NCBI GenBank assembly: GCA_043228905.1
Contig: JBHGNT010000005.1
Coordinates: 2,480,001-2,544,000, forward strand
Length of the DNA: 64,000 nt
DNA from: Azolla caroliniana
Lineage: Eukaryota > Plantae > Polypodiophyta
Reading direction: 5' to 3'
In this document: positions 39,175 through 52,632 of the stretch, piece after piece
Layout of the letters: every line of letters starts with the position of its first letter
Numbering within the stretch: position 1 is the stretch's first letter
The notes under the pieces: generated by a model
Told to the model about the DNA's origin: nothing
Database searches by the model: none
What the model saw: the letters and a program-made list of their open reading frames with translations, nothing else
Translations under genes and position numbers: made by a program

Positions 39175-42100
39175 GACTTAGACTCTAGAATCACCTTCTT
39201 TAAGAAGAGACCAATTCTTCGAGGATTGGGTGGGGACCCTATCTATCTCGATGAAGACCTCACTAAGATGCAAATTGAGCATCACAAGAGTTGTATGCCA
39301 CAAGTTATGCAAACTCGTAAAGAAGGGCATTGCGCCTTTTACCAAGACGGGTGAGTGATCATAAATGATCTCACTACTAATTGACGGCGTGAGGCCCATG
39401 TGACAAAAAATGCACTTAGGATGACCTTATGGAATTGTAACGGTGCACTCTGGACACACCCCGGCCGCCTAGAGGAAATATTAAAGGTATCAGATATACT
39501 TTTCTTGGTAGAAACACACCAAAGCCCAAATAGAGGACTCCCACGGGTCAAAGGATCATTGGTAGTCCACCTTTAGACAAACCTCACGTCGACACACTAC
39601 CAGGGAATCTGGAGGTGTCACGATATTGTTTCATAGAGAGCTACATAATAGGATAGAAATACTGAGGACGGACCTAGAAGCTCGTTTTATGTGGGTGAAA
39701 GTCTCCACAAGCAAGGACCGGGCAGTATTTTTCGCCATTTATTACTTTCCCCCAAAAGGATCCCATTATAATATTGCTGGCTCGGCGAGATTAGTCGATG
39801 AAGGAATGCCACATGGCACATGGACCTTCCCCATACGAACCTCTATCGGATGACATAATCTGATATTCTTCCCAATGAGAAGTATTCCTTGTAGGAGACT
39901 TCAATGCGAGAACCCAATCCCGACAATGCACAGTATTTTAGATGAATAAAAACCTAGAAATGGTAAATGTCGATCCTTTAGACATAGGCACCACACATAG
40001 ATCAAATGATCAAGGTGCGGACGCCATGAGCTTTGGCCATCATCTGCTCAAACTTGGCAGTCGGCACCGGATGGTCATATATAATGGTTTAGCCAAGTGG
40101 CCGGGCTCGGAAGAGCTCACATGTTTCCCACATGAAGGAGGGGAAAGCACAATTGATTATCTAATAGGACACCTTGAAGCTACCCACATGATTAACTCCT
40201 TCCGGGTGGCCCCATGCCCTATTTGCGCAGACCATAATTTCTTATACTTCGAGCTCAAATGTGATATCTCTAAGGTCACCAACTCTAGTCAACCATGTCA
40301 TCACACCACAATACATTTCACACATGAGCTCTCTGACATATACTCTCAACATGTTTAGGCCCATCTCTCCTCCCTTGATCCCTCCCTACCTTTAGAAAGC
40401 CTTAGTACGAAACTCACACACATCCTTCACTCTGCAGCAACTAGTAGTTTCCCATATACAAAACACTCAAATCAAGGTAGATCAGGATCTATGCCACAAA
40501 ATAAATGGAATGATGAGGATTGTAGGGACTTACATAGACAACTTACAGTATCACAACTCAATGGTAGTATTACCTCAATACAAGCTCGCAAAGAAATGTG
40601 CAAGATGACACGTCGTAAGAGACGGGCGTGGGAGGCATCCCAATATTGGGAACTCTACCATATGCTCATGAGTAGCGATTGCGCCACGGCATGGAAGAGA
40701 CTACGGGAGCCAAGACCACAAACACCCATCGAAGATCTCGAAACCTGGCACACATATACAGAGAGACATTACCAAATCCCAAACCAACCACCCATTCCAA
40801 TGCCTTCCACACCCCGACCTACCACGGGGACACTTTTCACGACCTCTAGGGTCGCGAAGGTCATAAAGAAATTACAACATAGGAAGTCCATGGACCACAC
40901 AAGAATGTGAGCAGAACACATTATATATGCGAGAGAGTGCCTAGCTCCCTTGCTAACTCTAATCTTCAATCGTGCCCTTGCGGAAGGTTTTCTACCACAA
41001 TGGCCCCCATCATAAAGGGGGGGACCCCATGGACCCAAATACATATAGGACCATTATGATAGGTCATACCCTTGCTAAATTATATGGTGTAGTAATGGAA
41101 GCAGAGCTTAGCGATTATATGGAGACCCTAAATCTCTGTGCACCTGAACAAGTTGGCTTTAGACGAGCCTTCTCCACCATTGAACATATCTTCACTCTTA
41201 GATGCTTAATTGACCAAACTAAGGCTCACAAGAAGAAATTATATTGTTGTTTTGTGGACTTCCACAAGGCCTTTGACACAATCCCTAGAGAGCGGTTGTT
41301 TGATAGGCTTAAAAGCTTGAGGATACCAGATGACATGGTCTAGGCCATCCATGCACTATATGAACAAGTGTCCGGGTGTGTCTGATGCCCATGTGGCCTA
41401 TCCAATTGTTTCACTAGCACTATTGGTGTAAAACAAGGTTGCCCCCTATCACCAACACTTTTTGGGATCTACATTGATGAGATCACAGATTTTATTGCTC
41501 GTAAGGGAGGCAACGGAGTAGTCCTTGGGGATACGCAGGTTCATATCTTGCTCTATGCGGATGACATAGTTTTGCTCTCTGAATCCGAACACAACCTACA
41601 AAGGCACCTTAATGCCTTAGATGACTTTTGTGCACAACGAGGATTGGTAGTGAATTTAGGGAAAACCAAAGTCCTTATCTTCCACGCATCGGCCCAAGTT
41701 AGAGCTAAGTGTCACCTAACTATCTCCTATAGCCCAATTGAGGTGGTTGGATCATACATTTATCTCGGAGTCACTTTCAGTGCTCGCTCGGGTAAATTTT
41801 CGATGACACAGGTAGTGAAGGATAGACTTACGAGAGGACATGCATCCCTCTCACTCCTAGAGAGACAATGCCACCAAGCATACTTTCAAGAGCCATGGAC
41901 TAAAGGGTGGCTCTTTGACTCATTAGTGACCCTCTCCCTCATGTATGCATCAACGGTTTGGTCTCCAGGATTACCATCTTTCATGTGAACGCAATTAGAG
42001 AGACCATTGGTGATGATGTTATCATGCCAACTCCGAAGCAAATCGACAATACCACATGACATTATTAGGGTTGAGTTCACGTTACCCCCAATGTTAGTAG

Positions 42101-43320
42101 AGGCACTTTTCCAACTTGTAGTCTTTCTTCATAGGATACATAACCAACCACATGATAGAATATCTCATCAAGCCTTTAAGGCCTCTCGATCATTGTATGA
42201 GTCCGGCTATACTAGCTCATGGTATGGCATGATGGTGAGTTGGCTTCTTGTGAATGGTCTAGACATTAATAACCTACCTCCCCTTAGGTACAACCACACA
42301 ATTGATAACACTTTAACCTCTCATGAGGACCGCAATAAAGCAATACGCCAAGACATATGGCAAATTTACACTCGGTATAAATGGATCACCCCACGAGAGC
42401 CACTCCCATCTAAAATGTTGTACTATAAGGAACACTTCATGCACTTCTCTGAGTTAGGTTTTATCACGCGGTCAAAATATCTAGATATATTCTTACCACA
42501 TGCACTAAGGGTTGCCATTGGACAACTTAGAATATCATCTCACCAACTTGAGATTGAGAATGGTCGTACTAATGGAGTCCTTAGGGAGGGAAGGATATGT
42601 AGGTTATGTCACATAGAGATAGAGGATGAGTATCACTTTACATGCAAGTGCCCAATCTACACCGAGATAAGGGCAAAATACCAAGACATACTTGGTTCCT
42701 CTCCCACCCTCCCCAAACTATTAGATACTCTAGATATAAAGAAATTAGGCAAATACATTCTAGAGCTAAAACAACACAGAGAGAATAAGTTACAAAATGT
42801 TGACAATAATGTTGCTAATTTTCACCAACATGTAACAAATGAAGTTTTTCAGGAACAGGGGGAGCCAACAAATGTCGACACACTTGCACCACTCGGCCTT
42901 TCCCTCAATGAGGCAGAAAACCAAAGAAGAACTAGACGTCCTCGGGTGCTGGGTTTCAAAGCAACTTGACGTGGTGTGGAAGCAATAATGAAAATAAGGG
43001 AACATGAGCTACACCGCCTAGAAGCCATGGCTAGGGCACTCTCTACATTGGAACCACGGGTCACACCCACATCAAAACCCTTTGACCCCCCACTTCTTTT
43101 TGAGAGGCTTGGGTGGAAATAAAATTAGGATTAGTATAAAGTCACTTCCTTCATCGAGTATACCACGTATTGTACACTACTAGAACTCTTTTAGCTTAAG
43201 TTCTATGTTTACTTTATTTTATTTTAGTTATGATGACTGGATAAATACTCATTTTGTTGTAAACCAATTGTCTCACGAGCCAAATTTGGCCTTAGAAGAT
43301 GTTAATATATCTTTCTCTTC
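39170..43320 (+). mobile_element. Decayed non-LTR retrotransposon (LINE, RTE/RTEX-like): ORF1 tail, APE endonuclease, RT, CCHC
   Basis: An ORF1-like piece reads IYLDEDLT. APE motifs are WNCNG, LVETH, YFPP, GDFNAR, STIDY and DH. RT motifs are DPNTYRTI, QVGFR, FVDFHKAFD, GVKQGCPLSPTLF and LYADD. The C-terminal CCHC region is RICRLC..EDEYHF..KCP. There are multiple stops and frameshifts. The clade assignment is an inference. Confidence 0.92.
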
Positions 43321-43520
43321 TTTTTTTTATTGTAATTAGCTTACCCTAGTGGTAAGTCGATAACACTACAAGCACTGTGTCTTGGGTTCGAAACCTAATT
43401 TCTTCACCTCTCTATTATATATATACTTCATATATATCTCTATTTCACTAGATGCCACTGTGGAATGTAGGGGTTGAACCCATGACCACCTGGTCTCCAT
43501 TGGGCAACCTTAGCAACTGA

Positions 43521-43527
<7 letters not shown>
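43321..43527. mobile_element. tRNA-derived SINE-like dimer with convergent A/B-box units
   Basis: The plus unit has an A-like TACCCTAGTGG (43342) and a B box GGTTCGAAACC (43385-43395) within a TTGGG/CCTAA T-stem. The minus unit has an A-like TAACTCAGTTGC (43524-43513) and a B box GGTTCAACCCC (43480-43470). A second copy lies at 5-140. Confidence 0.7.

Positions 43528-43557
<30 letters not shown>
43525..43557. repeat. (TC)n microsatellite; partner tract at 39141-39168 on the other side of the LINE
   Basis: Directly visible. Confidence 0.9.
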
Positions 43558-43561
<4 letters not shown>

Positions 43562-46500
43562 TTGACAAAATAGATGTTTTCAACTTGAGAAGCCATATGT
43601 TGTCAACTTGAGACTTGCTTTGCAAACTTGATACACAAGGCAATGAGATATCAATAGAAATCTCTATATAATGCTTGATATGTGTTATGACGATGTCAAT
43701 TTTTCCATGCTTCCTATGAACATGCTAGAACGATACGTTCAATCCTATTTTATTTCCTTCATTGGATCCATTAGAGTGTGATCCCTCATATTTGTGGACT
43801 ATGAATATTTACATATCCATGCATTGAACTAGATGTCCATATTTTCTTTATCTAATTGATCAACCTAAGCTCTTTGCATGACTAGTTCCTCATTATTACT
43901 CGCTTCCAAAATGCATTTTACAGCTTTGCTCGATTACTCTTATACCCTCAATGAGACAAACCAACTCATGAGTTGATTATTCATAGATTCATAAGTTCAA
44001 CATCGTGTAAAGATCACTTGGCAATAAAATTGTGTAAGTGCAAATTCAAGCACTATCAAGAACTTTGCTCAACTAGTTTTTATTTATTCCGATAGTACCT
44101 TACATGCATGTTGTTTTACCTCATCCTTATCTTCCTACTTTGTTGAAGACGTTGGGACACGTTACATTGCATCACATGCCTTCTTAGTGTTGATTTAAGT
44201 TTGTTGATGCTTGACATTATCATCTGCTTCCAAGCATAGGTGGATGTTGGTGAAGAACCCTTCTCTAAAGTCTAGTCTCAAGGGAAACTAAAGTTCAAGC
44301 GTCACACCATGATTTCTTCGTGGCTTTGACGAGTTATTAATGGTTAATGACTCCTTGTGATATTGATTTACGATCACAATCATGATTACACATCTCCATC
44401 ATTCTCTCCTTTGCGATACGATCTTCGTGTCGTGATTGTGATTACCATTCAATCACATTCATTGCTGTCGATGGGTTGCATCAAGCAAAGGTGGTTAGTT
44501 GTCAACATATCATACCCACCCTAAATAACAATATATTGTCTGATGTGCTATTGCTTTAATCACATTCTACTCACAATGCAACTCATTGGCCGAGACATGA
44601 TGGAAGAGAAGGGATGTTGGTCCCTCATTAGATCTTAGTTGTGCCTTTCAATGTCTATACCCTTGTCACTTATTCGTGAGCCGATAATATATAACAACAC
44701 ATCGCCAAGAAGGGAACACTTCAGATCTAAAGTAGACATATATATGTTGAATTTTAATAGTAGCCGGAGATGACAAATTACAATACAATGCGGAGTGTGT
44801 AATGTTTGATTTTGCACAAAAAAAACACTTCAAATTCTTCAATGTTAGAATGATGTATCATGTAATAATGTACATATACATATGTATGGATTATTAACTA
44901 ACCTCTTTTATCACGCATAAGTGGTCTCTCTCTCTCTCTCTATAAGACTAAACGAGAGACAGACAGACAGACAGACAGAGAGTAAGCGACCTCAAAGTCC
45001 AAGGGATCGTACAAAGCCCTTAACCTTTTCTGATAAATCTCCTCCTCCTCCTCTCCTACTGCCTTCGCCATGGCTAACAATGAAGATCCTGTTATTTTCG
45101 GTGTTTGGCAACATCCATCTCGTTCCAGGTAAGGCCAAACGTAATCATGTACGACTGGATTCACCTCTCTCTCTCTCTCTCTCCGTGTTAGGTGTAAAAT
45201 AGATTAAGATTTCCACTATAGATTGGCCTGAAAGCAGGGTTTCACCCATAGGTAGGTCTCAAAATCAAGGTCATTATTGATAATTCTGGAATCACCGTTT
45301 CTACTATAGACAGGTCAGAAATTAGGGTTTCTATTGCAGGAAATCTAATTTCTTTTCCCTTTCCTTCTTTTTTTATAATTGTGTACATATTAAAGGTAGG
45401 GTTTGATTCTATGGTCTCGGTGCCGAGGTTTCTTTATTCATTTAATAAACACAGTTATGGTTTTCGATCCTCATAGAAGTAGATAAATTCATTTTCTTTT
45501 AATTTCTACACATCACTGGTGTTTTCTCATAATTTCCTAGTATCTTCCTTTGCTTTCCTATTATTTTCTCATATTTTCCTATTAGCATAGAAAAAGAAAA
45601 CATTTGATGGGATGTGGAAAGTGAATTTGCGGAGCCATGTTTTAGGAACAAAAACCTAGTGTGTGCTGAACAACGAACTAAAAGAATATGAAGAATTCTT
45701 TGTTATAGAGAATTCAACATCACACCCATGGGTGTCATTCATTGGAAAAACGTTAGGGAGTATGTCTCCATCTGAAGCTTCCATTATCATGGTGGACGAA
45801 AGCCGGGAAAATGTAGATTTGGCAAAGAGGATTGTACCCATGGATACGTACTAGAACGTGTGCACATTTATTTTTAATTGAAAACAAACACATTGTGATA
45901 AAATAATATCAACTATGTGCTTGAGAAGATCACGGGTTCATGAAATTAGAAGCAAAAGGTGAAAAGCAACTTCAATATGTAAGGGGAAAAACAAAACAAG
46001 TCAACAATCCACCATCCAAACTAATTTTCAATCAGGAAATGAGGGAATGTCTGGATGAATGCATTGTTAAAAAGATAAAGGTGTAGAAGGGGCAAACTAA
46101 CTTCCATTGACAGAAGTCACATGATCTGATTATGGGACAATAAAATAAAGAGTCTTCAAACCCGTGATTAATTTTATTTGTGTCTAATGTTGGACAAGGT
46201 ACTTGGTGGTAGGTCCAAATTCAGGTGAATACATTATTGTGGTCCCAAATTAGACGATGGGAGATTGAAGTATATGGAAATAAGGGAATTCACTTCAAGT
46301 ATGCTGCTTGCTTCTCAGGGGCATTCTCACCTTACTCTGATTGGTCTATTGAATATATAGTTCGGTGGCATTATAGACATACAACAGGGTCGATGATGGT
46401 GACAAACAACAAGTTACAATTATAGTTTCAATTGGATGAAGAAAACCCTCTCTCTGTTTCTATCTATCTTTTATTATGCATATGAAGTAACAGTGCTCTA

Positions 46501-47360
46501 TTATATGTTGCATTTCCTTTCTTGATTTTGCTGGCGACTAGGAAGTGCAAGAATAGAATGTGCTTGGAGAATGTGGGTGTGTTTGAACCCACATAAATTA
46601 AGGCGTGAAATCTCATTAAAGAAGTTTCATACCTCAAACTATCAATGGGGGTATGGCTAGAGGGTGTGGAGCCATGTTGGCTAGACAAAAAAATCTACCA
46701 CAAAATGCTGGGCATAATGTGGATCTTCCTTCCCTTAGGCTCATTTGTACCTCTCCACTCAAATGATTATCTTCATGGGCGTCAGAGCTAGTTCTGTTTG
46801 ATTTCAGTGAGATTAGGGTATACATTGTCCGATTAGCAGCCTTAATTACATAGTTGAGCTACTAAGTAGTGACATTAAGCCCAAATTTATCATTCCCATT
46901 CTCTCCATGCAGAAGAACCTATGCGGCATAGACGCTGCACGAACCTTTGATGATGGATGACAGTGCACCATGTGATCAAAATATCGCAGAATGGACAATA
47001 TGACAAGATAACTTGTCGTAAGCAAAGTCCAATTTACACAAGTGTTCTCCATATCGGTTGTTGATTTTCGTTCTGTTACTCTCTCTTTCTCATCATTACT
47101 TTATTGACCTCATTGCATCTTTAGTTTTCTCAATGCAATTTATGGGAAATTATCCTCCAACTAAGAAATATGTTTCTAGGATGATTAGAAACACCTTAAG
47201 TCATACAAGGAACAATCATGTAGCATTTGTCTAGCTCACCATCTAGGTAACTGTGACAGGACATGGGTGGACAGCAATCAGGTAGATACATTTTCTCCAG
47301 TCTGACGTGTTTGTTTTCCATCACTATCAAGTACAATGGTGTTGGTGTAGAAGATGACAG

Positions 47361-47660
47361 TGTTTTTTTGTTATAGCATATCAAGTTGTTGCAAATCATG
47401 ATGACAGGGGTGCTGGTGTGAAATGATCGAGATAATTGACATCTCATGGGAATTGCACAAATGTTCAAACAATATACCTCATTTGGCCAATAAAAATCAG
47501 TGCTGGTGTATAGCAGTGTTTTTTTTGCTTTAGTGGATCAAGTTTTTGCAAATCATAATGAAGCGTTGCTGGTGTGAAATGACTACGATAAATGGCATTT
47601 CATGGAAATTGCACAAATGTTCAAACAATGTGCCTCGTCTGGCCAATACAAATCAGTCTG
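47361..47660. repeat. Imperfect ~160-bp tandem duplication (intronic)
   Basis: ATCAAGTT.TTGCAAATCAT..TGCTGGTGTGAAATGA..ATTGCACAAATGTTCAAACAAT..GGCCAATA.AAATCAGT occurs twice. Confidence 0.75.
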
Positions 47661-47969
47661 CATGAATCAATGCTAGTTCTTTTGACCTTTGTGATTTGTG
47701 AAAACTTTCTCATCAATGTCAAGGATTCTGGATATTTTCATGTTTGTATTGTAAGGTCTGGTTGATAAGTACTTCAACTTACATCGTATATTCATATATT
47801 TGCATCCACCACTTTATGGTTCGGCTCATTGTCAGGAGGCAACGTAATAGAAATTAGAGACAAATCGTATTTGTATTCATAATGGGATACGTTTCGGCAA
47901 TTTAGATTTGATTAGTTCTCAGATAAATAGTGTAAATAATCATGGCCTTATTCATCCTTTTCAGAGTTA

Positions 47970-48367
47970 AATCCTCACAAATATTCTGAGACACCTTGTC
48001 TTGAAATATTAATGTTAATGCTATTCTAGAATGGAATGAAATGTACATTTGCGTTTTGTGAGAAACTACTGCAGCAATTCGTTTGAACTTCATGCCTTTG
48101 TTTTCCAAGGTTTATCTTCAAACATCTTTGTTTTCAAATAAATATGTTGAAAGAACATTGACGTCCCTCAGTCCTTTTTTCTATGTGAACAAAGTAGTTT
48201 GGAATCCTCACAAATATTCTGAGACGCCTTGTCTTGAAATATTAATGTTAATGCTATTCTAGACTGGAATGAAATGTACATTTGTGTTTGTGAAGAGCTA
48301 CTGCAGCAATTCATTTGAACTTCATGCCTTCGTTTTCCAAGGTTTATCTACAAACATCTTTGTTTTC
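47970..48367. repeat. ~165-bp direct duplication (intronic)
   Basis: AATCCTCACAAATATTCTGAGAC.CCTTGTCTTGAAATATT... starts at ~47970 and ~48203. Confidence 0.85.
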
Positions 48368-48643
48368 TCTTTTTCATCTGAAATTCATAAATACGATAGT
48401 GGGCAAAGAAGGGATTATTTTTCTCTATCCACTCTATCTGATGAATATTATTGTGGCACATATGGTTGATTGTTTAGCATCGTACTGCCAAATATTACAT
48501 GAATTACAAGTCGCATGGACTGTTTATGGAATCATTGATCGAAACATTTTTGTTCTATAATTTCATGTCGTAAACATTGAAACATGGGTGTGGTGGCATA
48601 GAAAATAAGTGGGAAATTTGAATTAATTGGTAATTGCTTGCAG

Positions 48644-50171
48644 AAAAGAGGAAATAAGAAATGGACACGTTAAGGTAAATCAAGTAAATCCAAGACTTGA
48701 TTCCTCTCGAGACTCAGATAGGTAAGAAATTGCCTCACCTTAAAGTCTTTCTTTTCTAAAATCTGAAATGATTTGATGAAATGTTTGGTGGTTCCATTTC
48801 TTATTATCCTGAGGGGATATATAGTAAAAGAAATATCTTGCGGCAAGATGGACAAGAAAAGCTCCGAGAAAGCACTCGGACTTTAGGAGTAAATAACTCT
48901 GGACTCATTGGGCTCCAAAGGCAGATCATGAGAGGTATATGCGTTTAAAGTAAAACCTATCTTATTGTATCTTCTTCTATTAATTACCAATAAAGAAACA
49001 CTGAAAGCGAGTCTAGTCTTTGGGGCCAATAAGGTGTCAACATGTTCAGGAGCAATCTAGCTTCCTTGATGTGCAATTGAGTTCTAGTGAATCCAAAATC
49101 TTTAGGATGTGTTTCTTTGTTTATATGAGAGTTTTCCAGTGGTGAAATCCTAGGTCAATTGCTGGCTTGATTTGGTGTTTTACTACCCTCTGTAAGTTCC
49201 ACTGGCCATTTTCACTACATCTTACTTTTGGGTCATAATCTCATATATGCTTTCATTTTCTTACCAATGTGATCATTAGATGTAATCATATTTGTTAAGC
49301 TTCTGCTTGATCATTAATGATCTCAAATGCACCCATACACGTGTTGGAAAATAGGAAATATATGAGGGTAGGGAATGCATGCAATTCACGCGTTGGGAAG
49401 AATATGGCAATAAGTATGAACACCTTATTGAAATCTGTATACCCTCACTCCACTTCTATAAATAGAGTGAGGAACTCACTGTTTGAAGAACAAGAATGAT
49501 ATCTACTATGTGCAAGTACTTCCCTTTCTTATTATTGAGAACTGAGGAGCGCATAGGTGTAAGAACATTTATGCATAATATCTATCTAATAATACATGCA
49601 GCTGTTGGATAACTTAGTATGTTTCCTTCTCTAATTCATTTGCTATTCTCTCTTGTGCATAGTAGCATTTTTCAAGTTTCAATATTGTCGATTGTCTTTA
49701 TCTTATATGACACAGAACAGGATGAAGATATTGCAAAGCTCGAAGAAACGGCACTCAGCACAAAACATATCGCATTGGCTGTGAATGAAGAATTGGATCT
49801 GCATGCAAAGCTTCTGGTAATGTTATATTTCAAGACCACGAGTCAGCGAATGACTTATAATTGTGAAATTCAAGCAAGGTCTTAAAAGAAAAGTTCTTTT
49901 TATTTGTCTTCCCATAGGATGAACTCGACCAAGATGTTGATGTCACTAACAATAGGATGAAGGTTAGTGTTTGCATGAATTTTCTGCAAATTATATAACA
50001 AAGTATATTTTCTAAATTTATTGTGTGATTTGTGTATAGGTTGTGAATCGTCGGCTTGCATTTTTGAGCAAGAAAATGAGCAGTAATTGTTCATGCATGT
50101 CTGCTGTATTGATGATCTTTGTTATTGTCTTGCTTGTACTGGCAATATTTTCTATTTTAAGATATTTGTAA
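48644..50171 (+). CDS. SYP51: SYP5-type (SYP51/52-like) Qc-SNARE, C-terminal exons; N-terminus unresolved
   Basis: Exons are 48644-48721, ~48825/48831-48934, 49716-49816, 49918-49962 and 50040-50171. They give GVNNSGLIGLQRQIMREQDEDIAKLEETALSTKHIALAVNEELDLHAKLLDELDQDVDVTNNRMK..SNCSCM, a TM helix and RYL*. STKHIALAVNEEL is characteristic of SYP5. The likely first exon is near 45070-45128. Confidence 0.8.
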
Positions 50172-51552
50172 TAAATAATGGTTTTTGGGTATTTTCTTTA
50201 AAATGGACTCATTTTGTATCATGAAATATAAAATATTTCAAATGCACTTAAATTTGAATAAAGGTTATTTTTGCATTTTTTGGGGTATTGGACAATCAAT
50301 AACACTTATAGCCGTTTGTTGTTCACTTGTTTAGGGCTTATCCATGAATACATATGAACCATTTGTAAGGTTGAATCACATAATAAAAATTATAAATAAT
50401 TGGCCCATTGGTTTATAAAATCTCTATACATTTGTAGCATCTTGTTAATCCTACATGCATACTCCACCAATTCTTTGTCCAAATCTTCTTTCTTCTTTTA
50501 GGCTTTGATCTACAAAAACTAGACTCAATTTCCATTCTGCATCACACATGGAATATATCCTTAAATCTTGACAATGTCTTGGAACCATTAAAATCTATAA
50601 ATTATGTTTTGAAACCCCTAAAATCTGTAAATTAAGTTTTGCAATTGTCTCTACAAGCTCATTGCTAGCTATAACTTATCGTAACTGATAAATTCATTGT
50701 CCATTTCAAATAACATATGTATGAAAGAGACTTGTAAAGAGTTTCACAATACATTACAAAACAAGGTAAAACTTCTTGGGTTGTTTTGGTTATGGGCAGG
50801 TACATGCAATGAGGATTAGTTCTACAAATGTATGCAAAGCTTATGCATTCTTTGACTCTTCTATGACCACCACAATATATTGGCCATCTTTTACCTTGTC
50901 CTTGATGAAACTTGGTAGAACATGCCCTTGCTAATCCATGATGGGGTTTGCTTGCTATATCCATTGAAAATCATTGTTAGAGAATCTCTAATCAATAAAT
51001 TAAGGGAGGATACCAAAAATATTCGAATGAAATGGATTCTTAATGTAATAGATATATAACGCCTTTCCTCTTGCCTAACACCTTGCATTATCCTCTCTTC
51101 TTTTTTCTTAGGTCATTCAAATACTCTTCTCTTTGGATGTTCATCGACTGGTTACACAATAGCATCAAGGTCACAACACTAAGAGAACCCAAGTTCAATG
51201 CTTTCCCATATATCACATGCCTTGATGTCAACATATAGTTTGTATCTTGTGGAAACTATAATCTCTCTTGATGTCACCTTCCCTCTTAGAAAGTTTCAAA
51301 TAGCTTGGCCTTGGGGTCCCACCAATCATAGATGGAATGAAGACGGTACTCATTGCTTGGTAGTGGGAGAAAAAACTTGTCGACCATGCACAAGTGTGGG
51401 AGTCAAACTATTGCACTTTGATACAATGTGTTGCATTCAACCACATTTGAGCTTGCTTTCCACACATTATCAATCTAGTCCACTTCCTGCACACATTCCT
51501 CTCACAATCACAATATTTATAAAAATTATTGGACATCAAAAGCCACTAATCA

Positions 51553-52632
51553 ATTCCACATATACTATGTGAAATGATTCACTTTGGGAGTCATATTTGA
51601 CCTCTAAGGATGATAATAAAACCTATCAATCTATCTCAATGGTTTTCTCTCAATCTTATAGGGAAGTGTTTGAGAACCTTATATATTGAGATCTTTGTTA
51701 CAATTTCAATATTAGAAGTATCAAGTTATTGTAAGATGATATCCATGGAGTACCACAACAAGACGTATGCTTTACAAGCTATTTCTCCTCATAGTTGTTG
51801 TTATGTAAGATAGTCTTATCTTTATGTACCATGAGGATGAGGCATATTTCTATTATCATGTGCAATTGGGGCTTCAATCACATAAATGACACACATTTAC
51901 TAAATGTTTCCTCTTTGTATTCCTTCATATATTGATATATGTTTGGTGTCAATTCATGGATAATTACAATGCTTAGTCGTAAAATTCTTGAACATTTTTT
52001 GGAAAATAAAATTTTAAAAATTAAAAAATTCTTGAACATTGAAGGTACTCGATTCCACATATACTATGTGAAAATGATTCTCTTTTGGAATCATACTTGG
52101 CCTTGAAGGATGATAGTAGAATCTATCTATCTATCTCAATGGGTTTTTTGCAAAATCATATAAGTTAATGTTTGACAATCTTAGATATTAGAAGTTCATA
52201 TAAGTTCATGGTACCATTTGAGTATTAGAAGAATTGGGTTCTTTTTTTTTTCCCAAAATGAAGCCACTTTCCCATTAGTTAGGAAGGATTATTACAAAAA
52301 GACTGTACACGGGGCTTATATACAAATCGGGAAATCTCCCTCAGAAGAATCGGGTTCTTGTTTGATAATATCCATGGAGTACCACAACAAGTTGTAGGCT
52401 GAAAATAAAATTGCTTTGTTTGTTATGTTGCCCAGGCTTTACGAACAATTTGTCTTTAAAGTTGTCTTTATGTCATATAGCCTTATCTTTATGTAACCTA
52501 GTGTTAAGGCATATTTCTATTATCCCATGGAGTTGGGCTCCATTTTCATAGATGGCACAAATTTACTAAATGTTTCTTCTTTTTATTCCTTCCTAAATTG
52601 ATATATGTTTGGTGCCAATTCATGGATAATCA
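51553..52632. repeat. Diverged ~420-bp segmental tandem duplication
   Basis: ATTCCACATATACTATGTGAAA at ~51553 and ~52052 is collinear through TTGATATATGTTTGGTG.CAATTCATGGATAAT. Confidence 0.85.
52227..52359 (-). mobile_element. Short 5'-truncated poly(A) retro-insertion with ~16-bp TSD
   Basis: AGAAGAAT(T/C)GGGTTCTT at 52227 and 52343 flanks a T10 run plus ~90 bp. The insertion is absent from the paralogous copy near 51715. Confidence 0.75.

Noticed and set aside
43337-43527. Functional tRNA genes (also 57737-57820)
   Set aside because: A/B boxes and T-arms are present, but acceptor and anticodon stems do not pair properly, so these were treated as tRNA-derived repeats.
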